A DNA stretch of 64,000 nt from an uncultured Fidelibacterota bacterium (GTDB lineage Bacteria > Fidelibacterota > Marinisomatia > Marinisomatales > Marinisomataceae). This document shows, one piece after another, positions 29,716 to 39,341 of the stretch (position 1 is the stretch's first letter; every line of letters starts with the position of its first letter). Made by a program: the position numbers and the translations under genes. The stretch spans positions 221,908 to 285,907 of the forward strand of contig CACBFQ010000002.1 of assembly GCA_902538565.1 (NCBI GenBank). Reading direction: 5' to 3'. The notes under the pieces are model-generated. The model ran no database searches. It was given only the letters and a program-made list of their open reading frames with translations, and was not told where the DNA came from.

Positions 29716-31028
29716 TACATCATACCTGACAGCCATAGATGGGTTAGAATGCTGAAAACATATCCAATGAAAATTACTCCAGTCCATCTAAGATGACTTG
29801 AAAATGTATAAATTCCCTTTGCTTGACCCATCAAAGCAACACCAGGTGCAGAACCAATTGAAAGCAAACTTCCACCAACTCCTGCGGTAAGAGTAATTAA
29901 AAGCCACTGATTTAAGTCCATGGTAGTAGTATCATGCATTTGAATCACAGAAAACATGACAGGTATGTTATCAATTAATGCAGATATAATTCCCATCAAA
30001 GAGTTTGCAATAGTAAAACCAAGACCATCGTAAAGTGTAGTATTTATCAGTGCCAAATAACCAATTTTTGAAAGTCCAGCTACACAAAGTATTACTCCAT
30101 AGAAAAATAATAAGGTATCCCACTCAGCTTGAGCAATTTGCTTAAATACTCCAAATGGTTGATCTGAGCCATCACGAGAAATTTTGCTCTCTGCAGAATA
30201 AGTTCTTTTCAAATAATAACCAAAAAGTTGCAAAAGACTCAATCCAAACATCATACCAAATACTGGAGGAAGCTTAAGGAATTGTTTAAAGGAAATTGCC
30301 ATCATAATTGTAACAAGGAATAAACAGCTAATAGTCACAGCACCTCGTTTTAACAACACAGGAGGATTTTCAACTTCATCCGCAGAACCATCAATGAAAA
30401 AACTCATAATAAATGCCGGAATAATAAAATTTACTAATGAAGGTAAAAAGAGTTTGAAAAATTGCAAAAATTCAACGTAACCAGCCTGCCAAACCATTAG
30501 TGTTGTTATATCTCCAAAAGGACTAAAAGCACCACCAGCATTAGCAGCTACAACAATATTGACACAACTTATACTTGTAAAATTTTTATTGCCTTTTCCC
30601 ACAGCTAATACCACTGCACACATTGTAAGTGCAGTTGTTAAGTTATCCGCTATAGGTGATAAGAAAAATGAAATAAACCCAGTAATCCAAAATAATTTTT
30701 TATAACTAAAATTTTGATTTAGAAGAATAGAACGCAATTTTTCGAAAACATTTCTCTCAGTCATTGAATTTATATAAGTCATCGCCACTAAAAGGAAGAG
30801 CATCAACTGATTAAATTCATCAAAAGCATGCATCAATTCTTTTTTGACAGCATAAGAATCTCCTGTTTGCACTCCTACCCAAGCGATCATTGCCCAAATA
30901 ATTCCTGCAGCAAAAAGCACGGGCTTAGACTTCCTTAAGTGCGTAACCTCCTCTGTCATCACAAAAGCATATGCAATGATAAAAAGGACTATCGATATAA
31001 TTCCAACTGGATGATTCAATAATTCCAT
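29715..31028 (-). CDS. nhaD: Na+/H+ antiporter NhaD
   Basis: EEVTHLRKSKP, LLVAMTYIN, SPIADNLTT, AANAGGAFSPFGDITT, IDNIP, GGSLLSIGSAPG. Confidence 0.92.
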   Translation of the reverse strand: MELLNHPVGIISIVLFIIAYAFVMTEEVTHLRKSKPVLFAAGIIWAMIAWVGVQTGDSYAVKKELMHAFDEFNQLMLFLLVAMTYINSMTERNVFEKLRSILLNQNFSYKKLFWITGFISFFLSPIADNLTTALTMCAVVLAVGKGNKNFTSISCVNIVVAANAGGAFSPFGDITTLMVWQAGYVEFLQFFKLFLPSLVNFIIPAFIMSFFIDGSADEVENPPVLLKRGAVTISCLFLVTIMMAISFKQFLKLPPVFGMMFGLSLLQLFGYYLKRTYSAESKISRDGSDQPFGVFKQIAQAEWDTLLFFYGVILCVAGLSKIGYLALINTTLYDGLGFTIANSLMGIISALIDNIPVMFSVIQMHDTTTMDLNQWLLITLTAGVGGSLLSIGSAPGVALMGQAKGIYTFSSHLRWTGVIFIGYVFSILTHLWLSGMM

Positions 31029-31096
31029 AGGCGGTAATTTAAATAAAAAGAAATGAAAAAATTATTAAAATCGTATTAATTATTTTATATTTTGAA

Positions 31097-31261
31097 ATGG
31101 AAAATTTATTATCTGTTTTACTCATTATTGGGCTATCAATGTTAGCGATGAACTTGGGACTGATTTTTAAAAATAAACCACTCAGAAAAGCTTGTGGTGA
31201 TTCACCTGACGGATGTGAAATTTGTGGTGGCGATCAAGATAAATGTGATAGCAATGCTTAA
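31097..31261 (+). CDS. nqrM: Na+-NQR maturation protein NqrM (DUF539 family), 54 aa
   Basis: Hand translation MENLLSVLLIIGLSMLAMNLGLIFKNKPLRKACGDSPDGCEICGGDQDKCDSNA*: one TM, then KPL..C.G and four Cys; abuts apbE. Not in the ORF track. Confidence 0.85.
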   Translation: MENLLSVLLIIGLSMLAMNLGLIFKNKPLRKACGDSPDGCEICGGDQDKCDSNA

Positions 31262-32253
31262 TTCTTTGGAAATCCAGTTGAAAAAACCTTTGTAAAAGAT
31301 TTATCCTCATTTAAGAGTATTGAAAAAGATTCAATACCTTTTAAGTTTTCTACAATATCAAAATTATCGATTGTATAAAACATTGTAGATAGTGCATCGG
31401 CATCTAAGCATGATTTGTCAGAAATAATCGAAACTGAACCCAAGTTAGAAGAAATTGGATACCCAGTTTTTGGATTTATTTCATGATGATAAAATTTGTC
31501 ATCAATTATATAAAAATTTCGGTAATTACCTGAAGTTGCAATTGAAAGATTGTTAAGGGAAATAACCAGCTCAATATCATTTTTAAAATTTGTAATTGAT
31601 GGAGTATTAATTCCTATTTTCCAATCTTTACTTTTTGATCTGGTCCTGATTTCACCTCCTATTTCTATAAAAAGATCTTCATATTCAATTAAAGAATTAA
31701 AAATTTTATCAACTGCATAACCTTTCGCAATTGAGCTTAAGTCAATTTGAACTCTTGAATCTTTCTTACGTATTTTTTCTTTATCAACTTCAATTAGATC
31801 TTGGCCAATGAAAGCTTTAACACTGTCAATCGTTGTTTCTGAAGGTGGAGATTCAAAAATATCAGGACCAAATCCCCATAAATTGACTAAAGGCATGATT
31901 GTTATATCATATTGACCATTTGATAAATCATAATATTTAAATGAACGTTCTAAAACCTTATAAAAATCTTCAGATATAAAAAACCAATCAGTTGATTCAG
32001 ATTGATTGAAAGTTGAAATTTCACTTGATGGTATATAGGTTGACATTTGTTGATTAATATCTTTTAATATTTTTTCAATAAGTATATAATTTTCTTCAAT
32101 TTCTACTGGGTTATTTGTTTTTGGAAAAAACTTTACAGTATATGTTGTTCCCATAGTATTACCATTGATAGTAACAAGATTTTTTTCAGGAGAACTACAA
32201 CTAAGTAATAAAAGAATTATTAATGAAGCTAGTCTATTAGCCAAAGTCATCAT
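31258..32253 (-). CDS. apbE: FAD:protein FMN transferase ApbE (lipoprotein)
   Basis: Lipobox LLSC, GNTMGTTY, MSTYIPSSEIS, DLSSIAKGYAVD, EIGGE, ATSGNYR, ADALST; directly after nqrF. Confidence 0.95.
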   Translation of the reverse strand: MMTLANRLASLIILLLLSCSSPEKNLVTINGNTMGTTYTVKFFPKTNNPVEIEENYILIEKILKDINQQMSTYIPSSEISTFNQSESTDWFFISEDFYKVLERSFKYYDLSNGQYDITIMPLVNLWGFGPDIFESPPSETTIDSVKAFIGQDLIEVDKEKIRKKDSRVQIDLSSIAKGYAVDKIFNSLIEYEDLFIEIGGEIRTRSKSKDWKIGINTPSITNFKNDIELVISLNNLSIATSGNYRNFYIIDDKFYHHEINPKTGYPISSNLGSVSIISDKSCLDADALSTMFYTIDNFDIVENLKGIESFSILLNEDKSFTKVFSTGFPKN

Positions 32254-33463
32254 AAGCGATCATATCTTCTTCAACGCCTAAGTCCCAGAGCATTTTTTGA
32301 ACAGCACTAATCATCATTGGAGGACCACATAAATAATACTCACATTCAGTAGGATCTTCATGATCTCTCAATAGCATGTCATGTGCAACCTGATGAATGA
32401 ATCCTGTCGGACCTTCCCAGTTATCTTCCGGCAGTGGATCGGATAGAGCAACATGATAACTAAAATTATCAAATTCTTCTGCTAGAGCTTTGAATTCATC
32501 ATCATAAAACATTTCTTTTTCTGATCTAGCACCATACCAAAATGAAATTTTTCGTTTAGATTTTTCAGTTTTAAGTAAATGAAAAATATGAGATCTTAAT
32601 GGAGCCATTCCAGCACCACCTCCGATGTAAACCATTTCACGCTCGGTATCTTTAATAAAGAATTCACCGTAAGGTCCGGATACAGTTACCTTATCTCCTT
32701 CTTTGAGATCAAAAACATATGAAGAAGCTATTCCTGGAGGTGCAGATGGGTTATCTGGTGGAGGACTAGCAATTCTAATATTTAACATAATCATGTTACC
32801 CTCTGCAGGATGATTTGCCATTGAATAAGCTCTGAAAACTGGCTCTTTATTTTCTGCAACATATTGCCAAATATCAAATTTATCCCAGTCACTAGTATAC
32901 AAGTCTTGAATTTCGAAATCTTTATATTCTAATCCTTTATATTCTGGTACATCAATTTGTATGTAGCCACCAGATTCAAACTGGATTGGATCGTCTTCTG
33001 GTAGTTCTAAAATTAATTCTTTAATAAAAGTAGCTACATTATCATTTGATTTAACAACAGCATCCCATTTTCGAATGCTAAAGATTTCATCAGGTACTTT
33101 TATTTTCATATCATTTCTAATCTTTACTTGACAGCCTAATCTCCAATTATCTTTTTGGTCTGAACGAGAAATATATGCTTCTTCGGTAGGTAAAATATCT
33201 CCTCCACCTTCGGTAACCTGGCATTTACATTGTGCACAAGTTCCTTGTCCTCCACAAGCGGATGGCAAATAAACGTTTTGTGCTGCTAAGGCCGAAAGGA
33301 CTGTACCTCCAGTTTGAACGTTAATAGATTTATCTACATCATCATTTATCAGTAACGTAACTTCTCCTTGTGGAAGAAGAATATCTCCTAAAACATTAAG
33401 AATTATAACCAACAAAAGTATTACTGATGAAAAAACAATTACTCCTAATAAAATATCACTCAT
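32237..33463 (-). CDS. nqrF: Na+-NQR subunit F
   Basis: 2Fe-2S motif SACGGQGTCAQC...RLGCQ, RAYSMAN, GGGAGMAP, YLCGPP, terminal DDFG. Confidence 0.98.
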   Translation of the reverse strand: MSDILLGVIVFSSVILLLVIILNVLGDILLPQGEVTLLINDDVDKSINVQTGGTVLSALAAQNVYLPSACGGQGTCAQCKCQVTEGGGDILPTEEAYISRSDQKDNWRLGCQVKIRNDMKIKVPDEIFSIRKWDAVVKSNDNVATFIKELILELPEDDPIQFESGGYIQIDVPEYKGLEYKDFEIQDLYTSDWDKFDIWQYVAENKEPVFRAYSMANHPAEGNMIMLNIRIASPPPDNPSAPPGIASSYVFDLKEGDKVTVSGPYGEFFIKDTEREMVYIGGGAGMAPLRSHIFHLLKTEKSKRKISFWYGARSEKEMFYDDEFKALAEEFDNFSYHVALSDPLPEDNWEGPTGFIHQVAHDMLLRDHEDPTECEYYLCGPPMMISAVQKMLWDLGVEEDMIAYDDFG

Positions 33464-34086
33464 TATAAATCGATCCCCGAAAATGCCATAAAGGCCATTG
33501 ATAATAATCCTGTTAATAACATTGCCATTCCAACTCCTCTCAACCTAGGAGGAATGTTGGAATACCTTATTCTATATCTAATTGATGCTAAAGCTACAAT
33601 TGCTAAGAAGAAACCAACACCTGAACCAAAACCATAAACTACGGTTTCAGAAATAGTATATTCTCTTTCTACCATAAATAATGATCCACCTAAAATTGAA
33701 CAATTGACAGCAATCAACGGAAGAAAAATTCCAAGACTATTATACAAAGATTGTGAAAATCTTTCCATAAACATTTCAACTAACTGAACCATTGCAGCAA
33801 TAACAGATATAAAAACAATTAATTTTAAAAAACCTAAATCAGTATCTTGAAAATCTGAACTAATCCAAACCAAAGCACCTTTATCAAGTAAGAATTCCCA
33901 AAGAAACCAGTTTATAGGTGCTGTAATTGTTAATACAACTATTACAGCCAATCCTATTCCAACAGATGCGTCAATCTTTTTTGAAATAGCTAAAAATGAG
34001 CAGAGACCTAAGAAATAAGCTAAAACAATATTTTCAATGAATACTGCTTTTGTAAAAATACTGAGATAATGTTCAATACCAGTCAT
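33463..34086 (-). CDS. nqrE: Na+-NQR subunit E
   Basis: FIENIVLAYFLGLCSFLAIS, LGIFLPLIAVNCSILG, AFMAFSGI. Confidence 0.97.
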   Translation of the reverse strand: MTGIEHYLSIFTKAVFIENIVLAYFLGLCSFLAISKKIDASVGIGLAVIVVLTITAPINWFLWEFLLDKGALVWISSDFQDTDLGFLKLIVFISVIAAMVQLVEMFMERFSQSLYNSLGIFLPLIAVNCSILGGSLFMVEREYTISETVVYGFGSGVGFFLAIVALASIRYRIRYSNIPPRLRGVGMAMLLTGLLSMAFMAFSGIDL

Positions 34087-34739
34087 TACGCATCCTCCTC
34101 AACACCCGCAAATTCTCTTTGAATCCATATTACTAAACCTAAAATGATAAATGCCCCAGGAGATAAAACTAACAAACCGATATTTTCATATCCAGCTGCA
34201 TACCATGATTCAGGAATACTCCAAAGTACATAACCTGCACCCCCATCTGGGAGTGTGATTGTTCCAGCTCCAAAAAGTTCTCTAAAGAAAGAAACAACAA
34301 TAATTATTAGTCCATAACCCATACTATTTCCTAAACCATCTAAAAACGCTTTGGATGGTCCATGCTTTAGAGCAAAAGCCTCAGCACGACCCATAATGAT
34401 ACAATTTGTAATAATTAATCCAACAAAAACTGAAAGTTGTTTACTCATATCATATAAATATGCTTTTAATAATTCATCAACAACTGAAACCAAAGATGCA
34501 ATCACTGATAGCATTATAACAATCCTAACACGAGCAGGAATGTAATTTCTAATTAAAGAAAGTATAACATTTGATGAACATAAAACAAAAACAACAGCAA
34601 GCGTCATAATTATAGCTTGATCTAGTCTAATTGTAACAGCTAAAGCGGAGCAAATTCCTAGAACCTGTAATGAAATTGGATTATTTACATTTATAGGATC
34701 GCTAACAATTTTTTTTGATTCAGAATTAAATAGTTCCAT
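34086..34739 (-). CDS. nqrD: Na+-NQR subunit D
   Basis: NNPISLQVLGICSALAVT, VFVGLIITNCIIMGRAEAFA, PGAF. Confidence 0.97.
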   Translation of the reverse strand: MELFNSESKKIVSDPINVNNPISLQVLGICSALAVTIRLDQAIIMTLAVVFVLCSSNVILSLIRNYIPARVRIVIMLSVIASLVSVVDELLKAYLYDMSKQLSVFVGLIITNCIIMGRAEAFALKHGPSKAFLDGLGNSMGYGLIIIVVSFFRELFGAGTITLPDGGAGYVLWSIPESWYAAGYENIGLLVLSPGAFIILGLVIWIQREFAGVEEDA

Positions 34740-35481
34740 AATCTCTTATTTTGTCTAAAGTTTTCTCATATCTTAGTAAATCTTCTAGCAAAAAGTCAGT
34801 AACACCATCTGCAGTAACTGTAGCTCCTGAAATACCATCTACTTGATGAATTGAAGAAGTATTTGATTCAGAATAATCAACTCCGCCTTTAACAACTTTA
34901 ATACTAACAATTTTTCCAGATTTATCGCGGATTTTTTTTGGCATATATTGTATTTCTCCATTTGGTTGCTTTAAGGGATGATTTACAAAATTATCAGTAA
35001 ACCATTTTTTTTCAACTTCACCACCTAAGCCAGGAGTCTCGCCATGTTTATAAAATTGAATACCTAAAACAGAATCTGTATCAGGATTTAAAGCGATGTA
35101 TCCAAAAATTGTAGACCACAAGCCTTTTCCGGCTATTGGGAGAGCAATTCCTTGAACTTCATCATTGTCCATTCTTATGTAAATTGGTAAAGTATCTTCA
35201 TTTTTTTCAATATCAACTTCTTCAATATTACAATCTACAATCTCACCTTCAACATTTACACATTTAGCATCAATAGAACTCTTAAATGTTTCCTCGATAC
35301 TTTCATTAGTAAGCAATAAACTTTCGTCAAAGTTTAACGATCTTAGAATGGTTTTTTGGACATCAGCTTTAAGATTTTGATCCTGCAAATCTTTAACACT
35401 ATCCTTTGTAAATGAAAGCATTGTTCCTAAAACAACAGTGACGATAAAAACGAAAAAAAGAGTATAATTATTACTATGCAT
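34726..35481 (-). CDS. nqrC: Na+-NQR subunit C
   Basis: GKGLWSTIFG, HGETPGLGGE, FMN attachment motif DGISGATVT. Confidence 0.96.
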   Translation of the reverse strand: MHSNNYTLFFVFIVTVVLGTMLSFTKDSVKDLQDQNLKADVQKTILRSLNFDESLLLTNESIEETFKSSIDAKCVNVEGEIVDCNIEEVDIEKNEDTLPIYIRMDNDEVQGIALPIAGKGLWSTIFGYIALNPDTDSVLGIQFYKHGETPGLGGEVEKKWFTDNFVNHPLKQPNGEIQYMPKKIRDKSGKIVSIKVVKGGVDYSESNTSSIHQVDGISGATVTADGVTDFLLEDLLRYEKTLDKIRDYGTI

Positions 35482-36679
35482 TTCTTGCTAACCTCATTTT
35501 TATGTTCGCTTGAACTACATAATAATCTATTAATGGAGCAAACATATTCATAATTAATATTGCTAAAAATACACCTTCAGGATATGCTGGATTTATTGAA
35601 CGAATTATGATAGTTAATACTCCAATCAAAAAGCCGTAAATCCATCTTCCTTTGTTAGTATGAGATGAAGTGACAGGCTCAGTGGCCATAAAAACAGTAC
35701 CAAATAAGAAACTACCAATCAGAATGTGCTGCAAAGGAGTAATCGTTAACATTGCATTTGGAAAACCACCAGCTTGCATTATGCCATCAACAGTTAAATA
35801 GTTTAATAAATTAAAAAGTAGTGAAGTAAAGACTAAGCCCAAAACAGAAGAAACCATAATTCTCCATGATGCTATACCGCAATAAATAAGGAAGAAGGCA
35901 CCTAATAATATTAATAGCTTATTTGTCTCTCCAATAGATCCTGGAATTAAACCCCAAAACATATTTAAAGTCGAGTAATCAAATTGTGTGTTGGCTGCAA
36001 AAAGATTTGAAGCAGTATCGTATTCTACTGGATTTGCTGGAATTGCTAATGCAGTAGCTCCACTATATCCATCAGGACCTACAGCCCATACTTTATCCCC
36101 AGATATCTTTGTAGGAAAAGCAAAATACATAAATGCTCTTGATGTCAAAGCAGGATTAAAAATGTTTGTTCCGACTCCACCAAAAATTTCTTTTCCAATA
36201 ATTATTCCAAAACTTGTTCCAATAAATACTTGCCATAAAGGAACATCTGGTGGCATAGTGAGTGGTATTAATGCACAACTAACTAAGAAACCTTCATTGA
36301 CTTCATGCTTCCTGATTATTGCAAATGTTAACTCGCATATTGCACCTGCAACAAAGGTTGCAATTAAAATTGGAATGACATAGGTGAATCCAAAAATAGT
36401 ATTTCCAACAATACCTCTTTCAATTTCCATGGCGAGGGCATTTAAGTAGCCAATATTATAAGCTCCAAATACATAACAAGGAATAAGAGCTATCACAACA
36501 AAGAACATAGTTCTTTTGATATCCATATTATCTCTAATATGAGGACCCTTACTTGTTTGTTTATTAGTGGAAAAGAAAATAGTATCTGCAGCTTCCCAAA
36601 CAGGATAAGCCCAAGATAGAGGCTTACCTTTTTCTACAAGTTTTCCAGTTTCTTCAAATATTTTTCTTAAAAAATTCAT
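35474..36679 (-). CDS. nqrB: Na+-NQR subunit B
   Basis: HIRDNMDIKR, EGFLVS, FGGVGTNIFNPAL, FMN motif SGAT, GSIGET, FMATEPV. Confidence 0.97.
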   Translation of the reverse strand: MNFLRKIFEETGKLVEKGKPLSWAYPVWEAADTIFFSTNKQTSKGPHIRDNMDIKRTMFFVVIALIPCYVFGAYNIGYLNALAMEIERGIVGNTIFGFTYVIPILIATFVAGAICELTFAIIRKHEVNEGFLVSCALIPLTMPPDVPLWQVFIGTSFGIIIGKEIFGGVGTNIFNPALTSRAFMYFAFPTKISGDKVWAVGPDGYSGATALAIPANPVEYDTASNLFAANTQFDYSTLNMFWGLIPGSIGETNKLLILLGAFFLIYCGIASWRIMVSSVLGLVFTSLLFNLLNYLTVDGIMQAGGFPNAMLTITPLQHILIGSFLFGTVFMATEPVTSSHTNKGRWIYGFLIGVLTIIIRSINPAYPEGVFLAILIMNMFAPLIDYYVVQANIKMRLARNA

Positions 36680-36681
36680 AA

Positions 36682-38016
36682 TTACTTATCAAAATAGATT
36701 GTATCTAAACCTTTCCTTATAATTGCACCTACATCAGACTTACTTGGGCATACAAAAGAACATAATGCAACATCTTCTTCATCGCACTCATAAATACCGA
36801 GCTGCTCCATCTCATCAATATCATTTGCTTCAATACTTCTGGCTAATGCATTAATAAAAATATCCATTGGAAAAACTTTCTCCCATGCATCAACAGGAAC
36901 AAATGCTCTGTTACTTCCATTTTGTAATGTGGTAAAATCAAAACTTTTTTTATTTGATCCTAGATAAGCATTGAAAACACTATATTTTGATTTTCCACCT
37001 GGATGTAACCAACCAATAAAAGGTCTTTCGAATGATTCTTCAATGACAGAAAAAGATGAATGATAAAATCCTAAGAAGCCATCAATATCAACTTGTTTCC
37101 CTGTCAATACATTACCAGATATAATTCTAACATTTTCCATCAATAAAGAATTTTTATATAAATCAAATCTAGCGCCAATTCGAGATTTGATATACGAAGG
37201 CTTTACAGCAGGTCCTCCAATAGAAATATTTAAAGAAAAGTCGATAATACCTTTGGAAAATAGCTTTCCTAAAACTGGTAAGTGACTTCCTTGTACAGTC
37301 CAAACAACTTCATTCTGGTTCAAAGGATTTACTTTATTTAGAATAACACCAACATTACCAGATGGGTGTGGTCCCTCAACTTGAATCAAGTTGATAAAAT
37401 CATAATCAGACAAAAATGAAAAGTTATTGCCCCTAACAGCAACATACAAGTGTCCATCAGTAAGTTTTTTAAGATTAGACAGTGCAGAAATGATGTATTC
37501 TTTATTTTCAGCTAATGAAAAAGATAAATCATTTGCCAATGGCGAAGAATCAGCAAGACTTACTACAATACATTTAGGGCTATCACTAGGATTAACAACT
37601 TTGTTAAAAGGTCTTTGTGTAAAAAAAGGCCAAAAATTATGTTTTTGAATGAACTCCTTTACATTATCTTTTGATGAAAGATTGATTTGTTTATCAGATT
37701 CAATATTTTTTTCTTTTTCTTCATCTACTTCAATAATGATGTCAAGTACTGCTCTTCTTTCTCCATAAACAATTTTAGAAATAGTTCCGGAAGCAATTGA
37801 TGGCCATTTGACCTCAGGATTTATCTTGTCAAAAAATAAAGCATCACCTACAGAAACTTGATCACCCTCTTTAACTAAAAGCTTTGGCTTGATGTAATTA
37901 AAATCTTGAGGAGATATTGATACAAACTTTTGTGCAGGCGCGTTAGAAAATTCTCTGGGAGCAAACCCAGAAATGTTAATATTATGCCCCTTTTTAATCG
38001 TAATTTTTTGCATCAA
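36682..38016 (-). CDS. nqrA: Na+-NQR subunit A
   Basis: IKKGHNINISG, KPKLLVKEGD, GPHPSGN, ISGNVLTG, C-terminal CSFVCPSK. Confidence 0.96.
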   Translation of the reverse strand: MMQKITIKKGHNINISGFAPREFSNAPAQKFVSISPQDFNYIKPKLLVKEGDQVSVGDALFFDKINPEVKWPSIASGTISKIVYGERRAVLDIIIEVDEEKEKNIESDKQINLSSKDNVKEFIQKHNFWPFFTQRPFNKVVNPSDSPKCIVVSLADSSPLANDLSFSLAENKEYIISALSNLKKLTDGHLYVAVRGNNFSFLSDYDFINLIQVEGPHPSGNVGVILNKVNPLNQNEVVWTVQGSHLPVLGKLFSKGIIDFSLNISIGGPAVKPSYIKSRIGARFDLYKNSLLMENVRIISGNVLTGKQVDIDGFLGFYHSSFSVIEESFERPFIGWLHPGGKSKYSVFNAYLGSNKKSFDFTTLQNGSNRAFVPVDAWEKVFPMDIFINALARSIEANDIDEMEQLGIYECDEEDVALCSFVCPSKSDVGAIIRKGLDTIYFDK

Positions 38017-38102
38017 CTCTTAGGATTGTTTTAAATGCTTTAATTTGACAAGTGAAAGTACTAAAAAAGATTGTTGAGTTCTATAAAATTATTGCAAAAA
38101 AA

Positions 38103-39311
38103 TTATTTTTTTGCTTTCCATTCAAAATAATTTCCATTATAGGAAGATTTTGACTGCCATTCTTTAACTTTTGAATCAATATTATCAATTACATCTTGAC
38201 CAATATCATGAATTAAATCAATTGTTAAATCTCCAACAGTTTTAGCGCTAACTCTCGATGCCTTAATATTACCTTTACCTGTAATTGCATTACCCATCCC
38301 GTGCACTTTTTCTAATTCATCAAACTTTCCAGAGTCTTCATCAGCAATATTATAAGTTGATCCATCCATTGGAATTCCTTGTATTGGTTCAGGCAAACTA
38401 CCAATTGAACTTATAAAGGTATTTCCATGAAGAATTTTATTGGAATTTTCTTTTGCAATTAATTTGCCATCAATAATTTTATTCTCAATGACTTCAATTC
38501 CATTTAAAATATTATCTTCATAGGATAGTCCAACTGGCTGAGTACACTCAGCAACTTTAAATAAAAATTTATCTAACGTATTGTTTAAAATTTTTCTTCG
38601 AGCAAGTTTTCTTTTTTCAACCATTTCCGGAGTAGCATCTTCAGGAATAGTGGTTAAAGGCATATTTTCTATACTTCTTCTATAGACTAGGGTCGTTCCA
38701 TTTATACCTAAATCTTCATACTTCATATCATACTGTTCTAAATATTTTGGTATACCTTTATGCTCCATTTCAATGATATCGAAATTTTCAATTTTAGATT
38801 CAACTTTCTGTCTAACAAGTTCTAATTGAGTAATCTTACAAACATCAATTGATGCTAATCCACCTCCAATAACAATTGCATCATCTTTAATATCCACTTT
38901 AGGACCATTATAAGATGGCTCATGATAATGGTTGAACCAATAGACAAAAGGATTTTGGTAATAAAAATTATCAAAACCTTCAATTTCTTTTATAGGAAAA
39001 GATCTATCTTTCCATGCTCCATTAGCAAAGTAAATACAGCTCCATCCCATATTATAGATTTCTTCAAAAGATACATCTTTACCAATCCTGGTTAATGGAA
39101 CGAAATCAACTAATTCGTTAGAGATGATATCATCAATCTTAAAGTATTCATTAATACGTTGTTTTTCATGCCATCTAGGAAGACCGTCTTCAATTTTTCC
39201 ATATGGCATTCTATTTTGTTCAACAACAACGCATCGAATTCCTTCATCGGTAAGTTTCTTTACCGCAGTTGAACCAGAAACTGCACCACCAATTATTAAT
39301 ACTACTTTCAT
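38103..39311 (-). CDS. FAD-dependent oxidoreductase, adrenodoxin-reductase/FprA-like
   Basis: IIGGAVSG FAD loop; PYGKIEDGLPRWH (cf. PxGLVRxGVAPDH); FVYWFN (cf. FVGWYN); VIGGGLASIDV second Rossmann fold; YRR; no Fe-S Cys clusters. Confidence 0.6.
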   Translation of the reverse strand: MKVVLIIGGAVSGSTAVKKLTDEGIRCVVVEQNRMPYGKIEDGLPRWHEKQRINEYFKIDDIISNELVDFVPLTRIGKDVSFEEIYNMGWSCIYFANGAWKDRSFPIKEIEGFDNFYYQNPFVYWFNHYHEPSYNGPKVDIKDDAIVIGGGLASIDVCKITQLELVRQKVESKIENFDIIEMEHKGIPKYLEQYDMKYEDLGINGTTLVYRRSIENMPLTTIPEDATPEMVEKRKLARRKILNNTLDKFLFKVAECTQPVGLSYEDNILNGIEVIENKIIDGKLIAKENSNKILHGNTFISSIGSLPEPIQGIPMDGSTYNIADEDSGKFDELEKVHGMGNAITGKGNIKASRVSAKTVGDLTIDLIHDIGQDVIDNIDSKVKEWQSKSSYNGNYFEWKAKK

Positions 39312-39341
39312 TATTTTGTTTATTTATTAAATTTATAAAGC

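Noticed and set aside
29716-29787. N-terminal extension of the PduO ORF in the track (MDWSNFHW...)
   Set aside because: Overlaps the nhaD 3' end in another frame. PduO homology begins at MRITKV (ATG 29715), which is coupled to the nhaD stop.
35988-36383. 131-aa plus-strand ORF, and the other short plus-strand ORFs in the track
   Set aside because: All lie antisense within well-supported genes (here nqrB) and have no recognisable motifs.
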